Shown here: positions 25,520 through 39,008 of the stretch, piece by piece
Position numbering within the stretch: the first letter of the stretch is position 1
Layout of the letters: each line of letters begins with the position of its first letter
From: Mobula hypostoma
Lineage: Eukaryota
DNA length: 64,000 nt
Assembly: GCF_963921235.1 (NCBI RefSeq)
Contig: NC_086108.1
Location: 58,964,001-59,028,000, forward strand
Reading direction: 5' to 3'
Notes under the pieces: generated by a model
The model's input: the letters and a program-made list of their open reading frames with translations, nothing else
Told to the model about the DNA's origin: nothing
The model's database searches: none
Position numbers and translations under genes: made by a program

Positions 25520-26150
25520 CACCTGTCACAGGCATTCTCTCTTCTCCCCTTCCCATCAGGCAGAAGATTCACAAGCCTGAAAGCACATGCTACAAAGCTC
25601 AAGAACAGCTTCTATCTGCTATTATAAGACTATTGAACAGTCTCCTTGTATGTTAAGATGGACACTTGACTGCACAATCTACCTCTTTATGGCCTCATTG
25701 CCTGCTTACACTGCACTTTCTTAGTAACTTTAAGATTTCATTCTGCATTGTTAATGCCTCTCCCTTGTAAAAAAGTTCGAAAGTTCTCAATAAATCCATG
25801 ATAGCATAATAACCATAATAGAATCAATGAAAGACCGCACTAACTTGGGCATTCAACCAATGTGAAAAAAACAACAAACTGCAAATACAAAAGGACAAAA
25901 CTAATAACAATAAATAAAAAGCAAAAAGTATTGAGAACGTAAGATGAAGAATCCTTGAAAGTGGGTCCATATTCTGTGGAAAAATTTCAATGATGGGGCA
26001 AGTGAAGTTGAGTGAAGTTATCCCCTTTGGTTCAAGAGCCTGATGGTTGAGGGCTAATGATGATGGATGCTGCCTTCCTGCAACAATGCTCTGTGTAGGT
26101 GTGATGGATTGGGCTACATCCACTACTTTTTGTAAGATTTTCCATTCAAG
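25520..26150. mobile_element. Two opposed Rex-Babar-type 3' fragments (plus about 25520-25770, minus about 25775-26150)
   Basis: cttcccatcaggcagaagattcacaagcc..ctcaagaacagcttct on plus; MDVAQSIT and a matching 3'UTR on minus. Confidence 0.6.
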
Positions 26151-27067
26151 GGGATTGGACCTCCTCTGTGCAACCCTGCCTTCCCTTAATAATACTAATG
26201 GTTCACAAAGAGGACCTGGAAAATATGACCATTCTGCATGTCTCAGGAGCCACCTCAGTGAAGGAAGGCATCAACGATGAAATTTACCATTGCTTTCAGT
26301 GCACCTTTGGCTGCATGAGGTAAAAAGAGTGTTAGAAGATCAAGAACTCAACCCAGATATAAACCAGTCACCAATGATATCTCTGCAAGGTCCTCTAAAA
26401 CCATGGCAACATAAACAACCGACATCACCTACTTCTTCTGGAGAAATACCCACAACTTTGAGGCCCTAGTCATATCCTGTCTGTTGGACTATTGAAGCGG
26501 GTCCTCACTGCATCAGGACAGCCAGGTGGAAGGAGTAAAAGATTCTAGGATGTTCTCAAAGCTTGTTTGAAAATGTGTAATGTTCTTAATAATTTCCAGA
26601 AATCACTGTACAAAGTGGTGGAGAGGGATTCAGGATGGCATAGAGAACCTTGAGTCAATGGGTTAGATGCATGCAGAAGCCCAATGTAAGCAGTAGAAGG
26701 AAAGTACCGTCACTCAAACTGTCCACCGGATACCAAGCATATCCTGCATGATTTTCTACATTGACCTCATCAGTCACCTCAGCACTGATAGAACTCGAGT
26801 TAAAATTCAGTCATCTTTGATCCTAAGAGAAGTAGAGTGTGCACAACATAGGCAAATGTCAGTCACTTACTTCGGAAATCAGAAAACAAAATAAAGAACA
26901 ATTATTGAAATCAGTATTCAGGTTCAGCAAACAATTAGGAAGGAAATGACATTTTGACACTTATTTCAAAAGGATGGAGTACAAGAATAAATAAGTCATG
27001 GTGTCAGGTAAAGGGCTTTAATGAGATTACATCTTAAATACTGAATACAGTTTGATCCTCTTAACCC

Positions 27068-27137
27068 ATGAAGAATTAATTCCCTTGCAGATATTGCAAC
27101 AGCAGTTCATGAAGAATTAATTCCTTGCAGGTATTGC
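27068..27137. repeat. Short tandem duplication, about 40-bp period
   Basis: atgaagaattaattcc(c)ttgcag(a/g)tattgca occurs twice. Confidence 0.8.
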
Positions 27138-27819
27138 ATCATTAATATGGCAGCACACAGGAATGCAGCGGCTCCTCTGGCTCCCAATAATAGTGCTAGT
27201 TTTATATTCTAAGATAGTGTTTCAAAGTTTCTAGTCAGGGAATTCAGGCAACCAAAGCTCTGCAAATTTAGCGCTGCTGAAATCTTCAACAAAATTCCTT
27301 TTAATCCGCCTGCTGCAGAGTTAATAGTGGTGTTCATTGGACTAGGGATTCTGTGGGCACCAGACCCGATGACAGCAACCTGGCTGGCTGAGGAACTGGC
27401 AGGTGCAGGCAGTGTGATAGAAAGCAGAAATGCAGCAAGAGAGCCAGGGCATGAGCTAGGCTGAGAGTTAAACTGACCATTAGTTACTAAACTGACTATT
27501 AGTACATTATTTTTCCTGGCCAACATCCACTCGCTAGAAAATAAAAAGACTCGCTGATACTGAGAATAAATGCAAAGAAGGAGATGTGAAATTGCTGCCT
27601 TCTGGTTTTCACCGAAATGTGGCTAAGTACCAATATGCTGCACTTGGTGTTTCAACTTGACCGGATTACTCTGGTCCACGCAGACAGAAAGTCCAAAGAA
27701 GTGGAATCGGTATGTACATTAACAAAGGTTAGTGTACAACCTCATCTGCAGTTAGCAGTCACTGTTCGAGGGCAATTGAACGTCTTATAATTAATTGCCA
27801 GCCAGGAATAGATTTTGTT

Positions 27820-28350
27820 GCCAATCCGCACCGACTGGGGTCAAGGATCCGGTTGCATAAGGAAGTATTGAGGCCTAGGTCTTGAAGTTTATTGATTAGT
27901 TTTGAATGGATGATAGTATTAAGTGCTGAACTGTAATCAATGAAGAGCATCCTGATGTATGTGCCTTCACTATCCAGATGTTTTGGAGTTGAGTGATGAG
28001 CCAATGAAATGGAATCTGCTGCTGATCTGTTCTGACAGTAGGCAAATTGGAGCATATCCATGTCACTTCTCAGGCAGGAATTGATATGTTTCATCACCAA
28101 CTTCTCAATACACTTCACCACAGTGGACACAATTGCGACTGGTTGATGGTCATTCAGGCAGGTTATCTCGTTCTCCTTAGGCATCGGTATAATTGAAGCC
28201 TGCTTGAAGCAGGTGGGTAACTCAGACTGCTGAAGCGAGAGGTTAAAAATATTATTGAACAGTCCAGCCTGTTGACAGCACAGGTTTTTAGTACTCGGCC
28301 TGGTACCAGCTCTGTGCTGGATGGTTTTTGTGAATTTACCCTCCTGATGG
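27820..28350 (-). mobile_element. Rex-Babar-type LINE RT fragment
   Basis: ORF 27759-28184: CLNDHQPVA..LQFAYCQNRSAADSIS..RMLFIDYSSALNTI. Confidence 0.85.
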
Positions 28351-29156
28351 ATGGTCTCATGTCAATCTCAGTCCATGCTGGACACTCACCAATATGTTTA
28401 CTGAATGATCCACTCTATGACAGATGCCATAGGATCTGTCATGCACCTGGCCCTGACACCAAGGGCACACTTGTCAGAATGCTGTTTCTGGATCACATTT
28501 TGGCATTCAACACTATTGTCCCACTGATCCTGGTGTACAAACTCTTACTCCTCGGTCTAAATACACCAACCACTGTGCAATGGGGTGTTGGACTTCCTAA
28601 CTAACAGATCTCAGATACTCAAGGTGCACAAATGCTCCTCCCTCCCCATCATCCTCAACATGAGTGCCCCCAAGGCTGTGCGCTGAGCCCATTGCTGTAC
28701 ACTAGTGGTCGCCAACCAGTCGATCGTGATCGACTGGTCGATCTTTGAGACTTTCCCATTAGATCCTGAAAAAAATGAAAAATAAATACACAAATACATT
28801 ATGCCTGATAAACCTTCTGATGCAAAAGCAAATTTTACCCCTAGAGTGCATATGTGAGTCGTTTTTAACCCACACTTAGTTGCTTTCCCTGGTTATTGTG
28901 TTTCTCTTTTTCCAGCGTCGTGCGCCACATGTGTGCTGACATCATGTGACTATTGCCGCTGTCTGTCAAATTTCCGTGGAGTGTGGGAGAACTTCGTTTA
29001 TCTTAAACATAAATGAACAAACAGGCAAACTGTCCAATGGCGAAAGAAAACAACACGTGTGGGTAAAAATGACTCACTTATGCATTCATGACTTAACTAA
29101 AATTTGATCAACTTTAATCGGTTTTGACTCTATTATGCTGCTATTCATATTACGTC

Positions 29157-30569
29157 AGAGAATCCTGGGAACTATAGACTAATGAGTCTTATGTCGGTGG
29201 TCTGCAAAGTATTGGAAAGGATTCTTAATAATAGGATCTACGAGCACTTGGAGAAGTACAGTCTACTCAAGGATAGTCACCATGGCTTTGTGAAGGGAAG
29301 GTCATGCCTCACGAGCCTAATTGAATTTTTTGAAGAGGTAACAAAAGGAATTGATGAGGGTAGGGCGGTAGATGTGGTCTACATGGATTTTAGCAAGGCA
29401 TTTGACAAAGTCCCTTACGAGAAACTCATCCAGAAAGTCATAAGGCATGGGATCAGTGGAACCTTGGCTGTTTGGATAAAAAATTGGCTTGCAGGAAGAA
29501 AGCAAAAGGTAGTAGTGGAAGGAAAGCATTCTGCCTGGAGGTCGGTGACTAGTGGAGTACCACAAGGATCTGTCCTGGGACCCCTGCTCTTTGTGATTTT
29601 TATAAATGACCTGGATGAAGAGGCAGAAGGATGGGTGAGTAAGTCTGCAGATGACACGAAGATTGGAGGAGTTATGGATGGAGCTGTAGGTTGTCAAAGG
29701 TTACAAGAGGATATAGACAGGATGCAGTTGGGCAGAAAAGTGGCAGATGGAGTTCAATCCGGATAAGTGTGAGGTGATGCATTTTGGAAGGACAAACCAG
29801 AAGGCTGAGTATAGGGTTAATGGTCCGTTACTTAAGAGTGTGGATGAACAGAGGGACCTTGGGGTTCAAATCTATACATCCCTCAAGGTCGCTGCATAGG
29901 TTGATAGGATAGTTAAGAAGGCCTATGGGATGCTAGGCTTCATTAATAGGGGGATTGAGTTCAAGAGTAGAGAGGTCATGTTGCAACTCTACAAATCTCT
30001 GGTGAAACCACACTTAGAGTATTGTGTTCAGTTCTGGTCACCTCATTGTAGGAAGGATGTGGAAGCTATGGAGTGGGTGCAGAGGAGAATTACCAGGATG
30101 TTGCCTGGATTGGAAAACAAGTCTTATGAGGCAAGGCTAGCAGAGCTGGGACTTTTCTCTTTGGAGAATAGAATGATGAGAGGGGACTTGATAGAGGTCT
30201 ACAAGATTATCAGAGGCATAGATAGGGTGGATAACCAGTACCTGTTTCCCAGGGCATGAATAGCAAACACCAGAGGGCATACGTACAAACTTAAGGGAGG
30301 GAAGTTGAGGGGAGACATCAGGGGTAAGTTTTTTACACAGAGGGTTGTGGGTGCCTGGAATGACTTGCCAGGGATGGTGGTGGAGGTTAAAACATTAGGG
30401 GTATTTAAGAGCCTCTTGACAGGCACATGGATGAAAGAAAGATAGAGGGTTACGGGGTAGTGTGGGTTTAGTACTTTTTTTTAAGGAATATATGGGTCGG
30501 CACAACATCAAGGGCCAAAGGGCCTGTATTGTGCTGTAGTATTCTAGTGTCTAGTGTCTAGTGTCTAGT
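29157..30569 (+). mobile_element. 5'-truncated CR1 LINE inside the hAT element
   Basis: ORFs 29182-29766 ([27 protein letters not shown]) and 29930-30259; (CTAGTGT)n tail. Confidence 0.93.
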
Positions 30570-30843
30570 TATGCAAAAGTTTGATCAGTTGTACTACCTG
30601 TTCTTTCGAATTTTTTGCCTTTGATACCGTGAATTCATGTTTAGCATTTCGGATAGTGTGCTAGTAATTAGCATTAATTTTTGTTTTTACTGAAAAGTTA
30701 GCGCATCTCTCTTTCTCTTGATTTAGCTGTTGTTTTTTTTTCAGCATAGCTTGTGCTGCATCAAGGTGACCAATTAGTTTAGATAAGAGTACAGACTGTC
30801 GCAAACATCAATATACGGCACTTGCTGGTGATGTCTTGCAAGC

Positions 30844-33800
30844 ATGGTGGAGACTCCACAAAAGAAGGAGAAAATGTACAAATTCCATCCAGAATGGGAA
30901 GAGCAGTTTCTATTTACCTTGGTGAAAGACAAGTGTGTATGTACGTTGTGCTGCCAAACACAAGCACTGACTAAAAGAGGGAATCTGGAGTGGCACCACA
31001 ACACCAACCACCAGAAATTTAAAGACACCCACCCCCCCAAAGAGCGCAATTCGTGCCAGGAAAGTTGAGGAACTGAAATCGGGGTTGAAGGTCCAGTAAT
31101 CATCTTCCACAAAACATGCTGCTCAAAATAAGGCTGATATTGAAGCATCATTGCATGTAAGTCACCTTTTGGCTAAACACAAGAAGCCTTTTACAAACGG
31201 TGACTTATTCAAGGAAGCAATGGCCATTACCACAGAGACTGTTTTTAATGACTTTAAAAACAAAAACGACATCAAAACCGTAATACATAACATACTGCTT
31301 GGCCCTGCAACAGTGACAAGGAGGTTGGAGTCACTGTAAGAGGATGTGGATCGACAAATCTTAAAGGACTTGTCATTCTGTGAATATTTTTCACTACAGT
31401 TCGATGAATCCCTGGATGTAATGCAAACAGCTCAGTTTGTTGTATTTGTCAGAATGGCTTTCCAGGATTTTACAACCAAGAAGGACTTCCTCACTCTTTT
31501 GCAATGAAAGGAGAGAATGAGAAGTGAGGATATTTACAATGAGTTTAAAAAATATGTCCATGAAAATGACATCTCCATTCATAAACTGGTGACAATTACT
31601 ATTATGGGGCCCCCGTAATGCGCGGTGTGCACGTTAGTTTTATAGCACTGTGCCGTAACACTGTGATTTTCCCAACTTCCTGGATTATCACTGTGTGATT
31701 CATCAGCAGGCCTTGGCTGGGAAGGTCGTGGACTTTCCTCATGTAATGACACTGGTGGTCAAACTGATAAACTTGATTCGAGCAAAAGTGCTGCAGCACC
31801 GATTATTCAAGGCGTTACTAGGTGAGCTCAATACCGCTTACTTCGGCAGTTGAACGGGGCACGACTGCGCAAACGCATGTGAGTCGGACCGTGAGGCAGT
31901 GGGAGTGTTTAAAAGAGAGCAGTTTGTGGAAGTCGGTCATTTTCTTCAGCAGTTGAATGGGGCACGACTGCGCAAGCACATGTAAGTCGGACCGTGAAGC
32001 AGCAGGAGTGTTTAAAAGAGAGTAGATTAATGGAGCAGGCGATGTTGTAACGGGCGATGGAGTAGAGGGAGACAGAGTAGGAAGGCTTTGACTCCTGAGG
32101 CTTCGGCGAGCAGAGACTGAGGAAGAACTTCACTCCAAGTGAGGTAAGGTTGGGTAAGTTCCTTTAATAAATCTAATTACCTTAAGAGTAGGTAATGGAG
32201 GCAGCAGTTAAGGCAGTTGAGTGCACCATTTGCAGGATGTGGGAAGTCAGAGCGAGCACAATCGTCCCTGATAACTACACCTGTGAAAGGTGTATCCAGC
32301 TGCAGCTCCTGACAAACCGAGTTAGGGAACTGGAGCTGGAGCTGGATGAACTTTGGATCATTCTGGAAGCAGAGGCAGAAATAAACAGGAGTTACAGGGA
32401 GATAGTCACCCCTAAGAGTCAGGAGATAAGTAGCTGGGTGACTGTCAGGAGAGGGAAGGGGAATAGACAGAATGAGCAGAGCACCCCTGTGGCCGTTCCC
32501 ACCATCGTTTTGGATACTGTTGATGGGGACGACCTACCAGGGACAAGTTGCAGTGTTTGTGTCTCTGGCACCGAGACGGAACCCTCAGCTCAGAAGGGAA
32601 GGAGGGAAGGGAAGGAGGGAAAAGAGGAGAGCAGTAGTGATAGTGGATTCAATAGTTAAGGGGACAGATAAGAGGTTCTGTGGAAGAGATCGAGAATCCC
32701 GGATGGTCTGTTGCCTCCCTGGTGCCAAGGTCCGTGATATCTCGGATCGAGTTCTCGGTATTCTCAAGAGGGAGGGTGAGCAGCCGGAAGTCATGGTCCA
32801 TGTAGGGACCAATGACGTGGGTAGGAAGAGTGAGGAGGTCCTGAAAGGTGAGTTTAGGGAGTTAGGCGCCAAGTTAAAGGACAGGACCTCCAGGATAGCA
32901 ATCCCAGGATTGCTACCAGTGCCACGTGCAGGCGGGTTTAGAAATACTAAGATAGCGTAGATCAACACATGGCTGAAGACATGGTGCAGGAGGGAGGGCT
33001 TCAGATTTTTAGATAATTGGGCAGTTTTCCAGGGAAGGTGGGACCTGTTCCGGTGGGATGGTCTACAACTGAACTGGAGGGGGACAAATATTCTTGCAGG
33101 TCGGTTTGCTAGAGAGGCTCCAGTGGATTTAAACCAGATACGGGGGTGGGGGGGATGGGAAACTAGAGTGTAGGAACAGATATAGGGAAGAAGGAAGAAA
33201 AAGAAAATAGTAAAGTTGTTTGCACCGTTAGTGATAAACAGAGAGAAAGAGGTGGAAAACTCCTTAAATGGATTTATTTTAATGCTAGGAGCATTATAAG
33301 AAAGGTGGTTGAGCTTAGAGCATTGAATGATACCTGGAAATATTATTTTGTAGCTATTAGTGAAACATGGTTACAGGAGGGGTGTCATTGGCAACTAAAT
33401 ATTCCTGGATTTCATTGCTTCAGGTGTGATAGAATCGGAGGGACAAGAGGGGGAGGTGTTGCATTGCTTGTCAGAGAAAATATTACAGCGGTGCTCTGGC
33501 AGGATAGATTAGAGGGCTAGTCTAGGGAGGCTATTTGGGTGGAATTGAGGAATGGGAAGGGTGTAGTAATTCTTATGGGGGTGTATTATAAACCACCAAA
33601 TGGGGAGCTAGAATTGGAGAAGCAAATTTGTAAGGAGACAGCAGATATTTGTAGTAAGCACAGGGTTGTGATTGTGGGAGATTTTAATTTTCCACACATA
33701 GACTGGGAAATCCATACTGTAAAAGGGCTGGATGGTTTGGAGTTTGTGAAACGTGTGCAGGGTAGTTTTTTGCAGCAATACATAGAGGTATCAACTAGAG

Positions 33801-36800
33801 AAGGGACAGTGTTGGATCTCCTGTTAGGGAATGAGATAGGTCAGGTGACGGAGGATTGTGTTGGGGAGCGCTTCGGGTCCGGTGATCACAATGCTATTAG
33901 TTTCAATATAATTATGGAGGAGCATAGGTCTGGACCCAGGGTTGAGATTTTTGATTGGAGAAGGGCTAACTTTGAGGAGATGCGAAAGGATTTAGGAGGA
34001 GTGGGTTGGGACAATTTGTTTTATGGGAAGAATGTAATAGAGAAATTGAGGTCATTTAAAGGTGAAATTTTGAGAGTACAGAATCTTTATGTTCCTGTTA
34101 GGTTGAAAGGAAAGGTTAAAAGTTTGAGAGAGCCATGGTTTTCAAGGGATATTGGAAACTTGGTTCAGAAAAAGAGAGATATCTACAATAAATATAGGCA
34201 GCATGGAGTAAATGAGGTGCTTAAGGAATATAAAGAATGTATAAAAAATCTTAAGAAAGAAATTAGAAAAACTAAAAGAAGATAAGAGGTTGCTTTGGCA
34301 AGTAAGGTGAAAATAAATCCCAAGGGTTTCTACCATTATATTAATAGCAAAAGGATAGTGAGGGATAAAATTGGTCCCTTAGAGAATCAGAGTGGACAGC
34401 TATGTGTGGAGCCAAAAGAGATGGGGGAAATTCTGAACAATTTCTTTTCTTCGGTATTCACTAAGGAGAAGGATATTTAATTGTGTAAGATAAGGGAAAC
34501 ATGTAGGGAAGTTATGGAAACTATGATGATTAAAGAAGAGGAAGTACTGGAGGTTTTAAAGAATATAAAAGTCGATAAGTCTTCGGGTCTGACAGGATAT
34601 TCCCTAGGACCTTGAGGGAAGTTAGTGTGGAAATAGCAGGGGCTCTGACAGAGATATTTCAAATGTCATTAGAAACGTGGATGGTGCCAGAGGATTGGCG
34701 TATTGCTCATGTTGTTCCATTGTTTAAAAAGGTTTCTAAGAGTAAACCTAGCAATTATTGGCCTGTGAGTTTGACATCAGTGGTGGGTAAATTGATGGAA
34801 AGTATTTTTAGAGATGGTATATAAAATTATCTGGATAGACAGGGTTTGATTAGGAACAGTCAACATGGATTTGTGCGTGGAAGGTCATGTTTGACAAATC
34901 TTATTGAATTTTTTGAAGAGGATACTAGGAAAGTTGACAAGGTTAAAGCAGTGGATGTTGTCTATATGGACTTCAGTAAGGCCTTTGACAAGGTTCCACA
35001 TGAAAGGTTGGTTAGCAAGGTTCAATCGTTAGGTATTAATATTGAAGTAGTAAAATGGATTCAGCAGTGGCTGGATGGGAGATGCCAGAGAGTGGTAGTG
35101 GATAACTGTTTGTCAGATTGAAGGCCAGTGATTAGTGGTATGCCTCAGGGATCTGTACTGGGTCCAATGTTGTTTGTCATATACATTAATGATCTGGATG
35201 AAGGGGTGGTAAATTGGATGAGTAAGTATGCAGATGATATTAAGATAGGTGGTGTTGTGGATAATGAAATAGGTTCTCAAAGCTTGCAGAGAGATTTAGG
35301 CCAGTTAGAAGAGTGGGCTGAAAGATAGCAGATGGAGTTTAATGCTGATAAATGTGAGGTGCCATATTTTGGTAGGACTAATCAAAATAGGACATATATG
35401 GTAAATGGTGGGGCATTGAAGAATGCAGTAGGACAGAGGGATCTAGGAATAATGGTGCATAGTTCCCTGAAGGTGGAATCTCATGTGAATAGGGTGTTAA
35501 AGAAAGCTTTTGGTATGCTGGCCTTTATTAATCAGAGCATTGAGTATAGGAGTTGGGATGTAATGTTGAAATTGTACAAGGCATTGGTGAGGCCAAATTT
35601 GGAGTATTGTGTACTGTATTGGTCACTGAATTATCGGAAAGATATCAACAAAATAGAGAGAGTACAGAGAAGAATTATTAGAATGTTACCTGGGTTTCAT
35701 CACCTAAGTTACAGAGAAAGGTTGAACAAGTTGGGTCCTTATTCTTTGGAACGTAGAAGGTTGAGGGGGGACTTGATAGAGGTACTTAAAATTATGAGGG
35801 GGATAGATAGAGTTGACATGGATAGGCTTTTTCCATTGAGAGTTGGGGAGATTCAAACAAAAGGACATGAGTTGAGAGATAAAGGGCAAAAGTTTAGGGG
35901 TAACTTGAGGGGGAACTTCTTTACTCAGAGAGTGGTAGCTGTGTGGAACGAGCTTCCAGCAGAAGTGGTTGAGGCAGGTTCGATGTTGTCATTTAAAGTT
36001 AAATTGGACAGCTATATGGACAGGAAAGGATTGGAGGGTTGTGGGCTGGGTGCAGGTCGGTGGGACTAGGTGAGAGTAAGAGTTCGGCACGGACTAGAAG
36101 GGCCGAGATGGCTTGTTTCCGTGCTGTAATTGTTATATGGTTATATGGTTACGGAGCCATAATTCTTCAGGTTGATGTTCGGTGGTTGAGTCACGGCAAA
36201 GTGCTGCAATGATTTGTTGACTTGCTGCCTGAGATAAAGACTTTTCTGTCGACAAGAAACGAGGAGCATGAGGAACTGTCAGATGATGCGTGGCTACTGG
36301 ATTTAGGGTTTCTGACAGACCTAACAGCTAAATTAAATGCACTTAACAACGAGCTTATGGGAGAAGACCGAAACCTGTCCCACATGATAAGCACAGTAAA
36401 TGCGTTTAAGGCCAAGCTCTGTATTTGGATTTCAAATTTAAAGAACGGAGGCTGACACGTTGGAGAAAATGTTACAGGCCATCAAGGGAAAAAAATGATT
36501 TTTGCTCTGTGCAGTACTGTGCTTACCTAGACAAACTGGCAATAGAGTTCGATTGGTGTTTTGGGGAGTTATCATCATGAAAGATATTGCTGCATTTATT
36601 TCAAACCCAATTCTGCCGATTGATATAGAACAGATAGCAGCCAAATTCCAGCAAGTATTTGGTGTGCCAAGTGATATTGAAATGGAAACAATTGATTTGC
36701 AAAATGACATCGAGCTTAAAGCAAGATCAAGGGACGGTGACTTTTGGGGGCTTGTCAGCAGGGAGAAGTTTCCTCATCTCACCACGTGCACTAAAAGTCA

Positions 36801-36990
36801 GTACCTACTTCCGGTCAACATATCTGTGTGAAAATGCATTTTCACAGATGAAAATTATTAAATCTAAGTACAGGAGCTGTCTTGCTGACAGACACCTCAC
36901 AGACTGTCTCAGACTGGCTGTCTGTAGTTATGAGCCAAATTTCAGGAAACTAGCAGAAAAGTATTCAGCCCCAGTCATCACACTGATTGT
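30844..36990 (+). pseudogene. Disrupted hAT-Charlie transposase (30844-31841 plus 36153-36990)
   Basis: FHPEWEEQFLF..CVCTLC (N-terminal zinc finger), KKPFTNGD, SLQFDES, HCVIHQQAL-like segment, VRWLS, FLTDLT..LNALN and STYLCENAFSQMK..KSKYRS (hAT dimerisation domain); multiple stops and frameshifts. Confidence 0.9.
31842..36148 (+). mobile_element. Full-length (about 4.3 kb) degenerate CR1 LINE inserted in the hAT transposase
   Basis: Tandem 5'UTR units, ORF1 from ATG 32195 (CxxC zinc finger, leucine zipper, SGNH), ORF2 endonuclease and RT in pieces, (TTATATGG)n tail; possible TTAC TSD; transposase ELNTAY|GAIILQVDVRWLS restored on removal. Confidence 0.95.
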
Positions 36991-38091
36991 AACAGCCAAT
37001 TTTTATTCATTTACTTTTCGTGTTGAAATAAAATTAAATAATGAAACTTAGAATTAAAGGTATGAAGTATAGTAATATTCCTAAAGAAAGACAGCTATGG
37101 CCTGTATGATATGCTAGTTACCGTGTTTTCTTTGTTGAATTAATTTGAAAGTTTGACAGAAGCATTTTATGTAATTCAAATACAATTAGCCCAAATAAAA
37201 GGCCTCAAGTTGGAAGTACAATTTGTGCTGTGTTTTCTCTAAACGATTTAGTAGGTAGATCTTGCCTTTCACTAAGGCCGAGGTAGGGGATCTTGGGCTT
37301 AAAAAGGTTGGCGACCACTACTGTACACTCTGCTCACACATGACTACAAGGCCAATCGTTCCGAGCAATCACCTTGTCAAGTCCACCGATGACATGACAG
37401 TGATGGGGCCCATCACCAACAATGATGAGACAGCCTGTAGAGAGATAGAAGGACTCAAGGCCTGGTTCTACGCAAATAACCTCTTTCTTAATGTCAACAA
37501 GACAAAGGAGATGGTTATCAACTTCATGAGAACTCACACACTGACACCCCTCTTTTCATAGGTGGCACAGCAGTGAAAACTGTGAGCAGTTTCAAACACC
37601 TGGACGTGCACATCTCACACAACCTCTCATGGTTCCAGAACATATCATGCATAATCAGCAAAGCTCACCAAGACCTTTATTTTCTGAAGGAAGCTGAAGA
37701 GAACTGGGCCATGCATATCTGTACTCACGTCATTCTACTGATGGTCAGTAGAGAGCACCTAACAAGCTGCATCACTGCATAGCATGGAAGCTGCACCATG
37801 GCGGGCAGGAAGGCTCTACAACGCATAGTCAAAACTGCTCAGCGCATCAGTAGCAACAGCCTACCGTGGACATATAGTATGTACAGAAAAGTGCCGGAAG
37901 AGGGCATGAAGGATCTCACCCACCCCACTCATGGACTGTTTGTCCCACTGCCATCAGGGAGGAGACTATACAACATCCACATCAGGATCATCATGTTTAC
38001 AAACTGCTACTTTCCCTAAGCAGTAAGTCTGATCAACACCTCCAGCCAATAATCCACCCCTCCACACCTCCAACCACGACTACTTTATCAT

Positions 38092-38156
38092 TGCGTTCAC
38101 CAGCAACTTTGATGTGTGTTGCTTGAATTTCCAGCATCTGCAGAATTCCTGTTGTT
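38092..38156 (+). mobile_element. 65-bp PLE terminal fragment
   Basis: Matches the pLTR tail of the 56-57 kb copies; 11-bp TSD TACTTTATCAT (38081-38091 and 38157-38167). Confidence 0.85.
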
Positions 38157-38331
38157 TACTTTATCATCACCTGTCAATCATTTTATGTACAGGTACTCCT
38201 GTGCCTAGCATCACTTTATGGACATTAAATCAATCTAAGTATATAAGCTATCATGTATTTATATTTATTTTGTTCCACACCTAATTGTGTTTTTTTTGTG
38301 CTGTAACAAATCCAGAGTAATAATTATTTTG

Positions 38332-38542
38332 CAAACACGAGGAAATCTGCAGATGCTGGAATTTCAAGCAACACACATAAAAATTGCTGGTGAACGCAGC
38401 AGGCCAGGCAGCATCTATAGGAAAAGATATAGACGATGTTTTGGGCTGAGACACTGGGTCTCGGCCCAAAACGTCAACTGTACCTCTTCTTATAGATGCT
38501 GCCTGGCCTGCTGTGTTCACCAGCAATTTTTATGCAAGTTGC
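38332..38542. mobile_element. PLE-derived fold-back element
   Basis: Inverted arms centred near 38455; 14-bp TSD TAATAATTATTTTG (38318-38331 and 38543-38556); both arms are cut before the CTGANGA box. Confidence 0.88.
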
Positions 38543-38629
38543 TAATAATTATTTTGTTCTCTTTTACACTTGTGTACTGGAAATAACATTAAACAATCTT
38601 GAATTACCCTGAATTACTTGAATTATTAA

Positions 38630-39008
38630 AATGGTTCCTGGAATAAGATTGTTTTAAAATAATGAGAGGTGATCTTTGTAATCCACTTAAGATTCTGAAG
38701 TGGTATGAGGTTGCTTATCTTGGCTGGACAGTCTGGAACTAGGGGGTGTAGTCTCAGGATAAGAAATTATATTTTTTGGTCTGAGTTCAAGAGGCATTTT
38801 CAAAGAAATCTAAAGGGCACAAGTGAGCAATTGGGACTTATCTACAAGGGTGAGACTGATGGATTTTTGGAAACCATGATAACTACGGAATATGGAAATC
38901 AGGCAGAAAATTGCTGAGGTTGAAGATCCACTATGATCTGGTCGAATGACTGAGGAGCTTTGAAATGTTAGGAGTCCTAATCCTGCTCTGATTTCTTATG
39001 TTATTATG
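38630..39008 (+). mobile_element. Old CR1 3' remnant
   Basis: aatgagaggtgatct, gtctggaactagggggtgtagtctcaggataag and cctaatcctgctctgatttcttatgtt. Confidence 0.65.

Larger units (their letters stand above)
28703..37320 (+). mobile_element. hAT (Charlie/GTF2IRD2-like) DNA transposon carrying two CR1 insertions
   Basis: Perfect 15-bp TIRs TAGTGGTCGCCAACC / GGTTGGCGACCACTA; 8-bp TSD CTGTACAC (28695-28702 and 37321-37328). Confidence 0.95.
28420..38600 (+). mobile_element. Rex-Babar-type LINE (RT to 3' end), host of the hAT insertion at 28703-37320 and of two small PLE inserts
   Basis: VRMLFLDH..AFNTI, then gccccaaggctgtgcgctgagcccattgctgtacac|tctgctcacacatgact continuous across the hAT; LVKSTDDMTV, FLNVNKTKEMVINF and LPSGRRL downstream. 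Confidence 0.85.
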
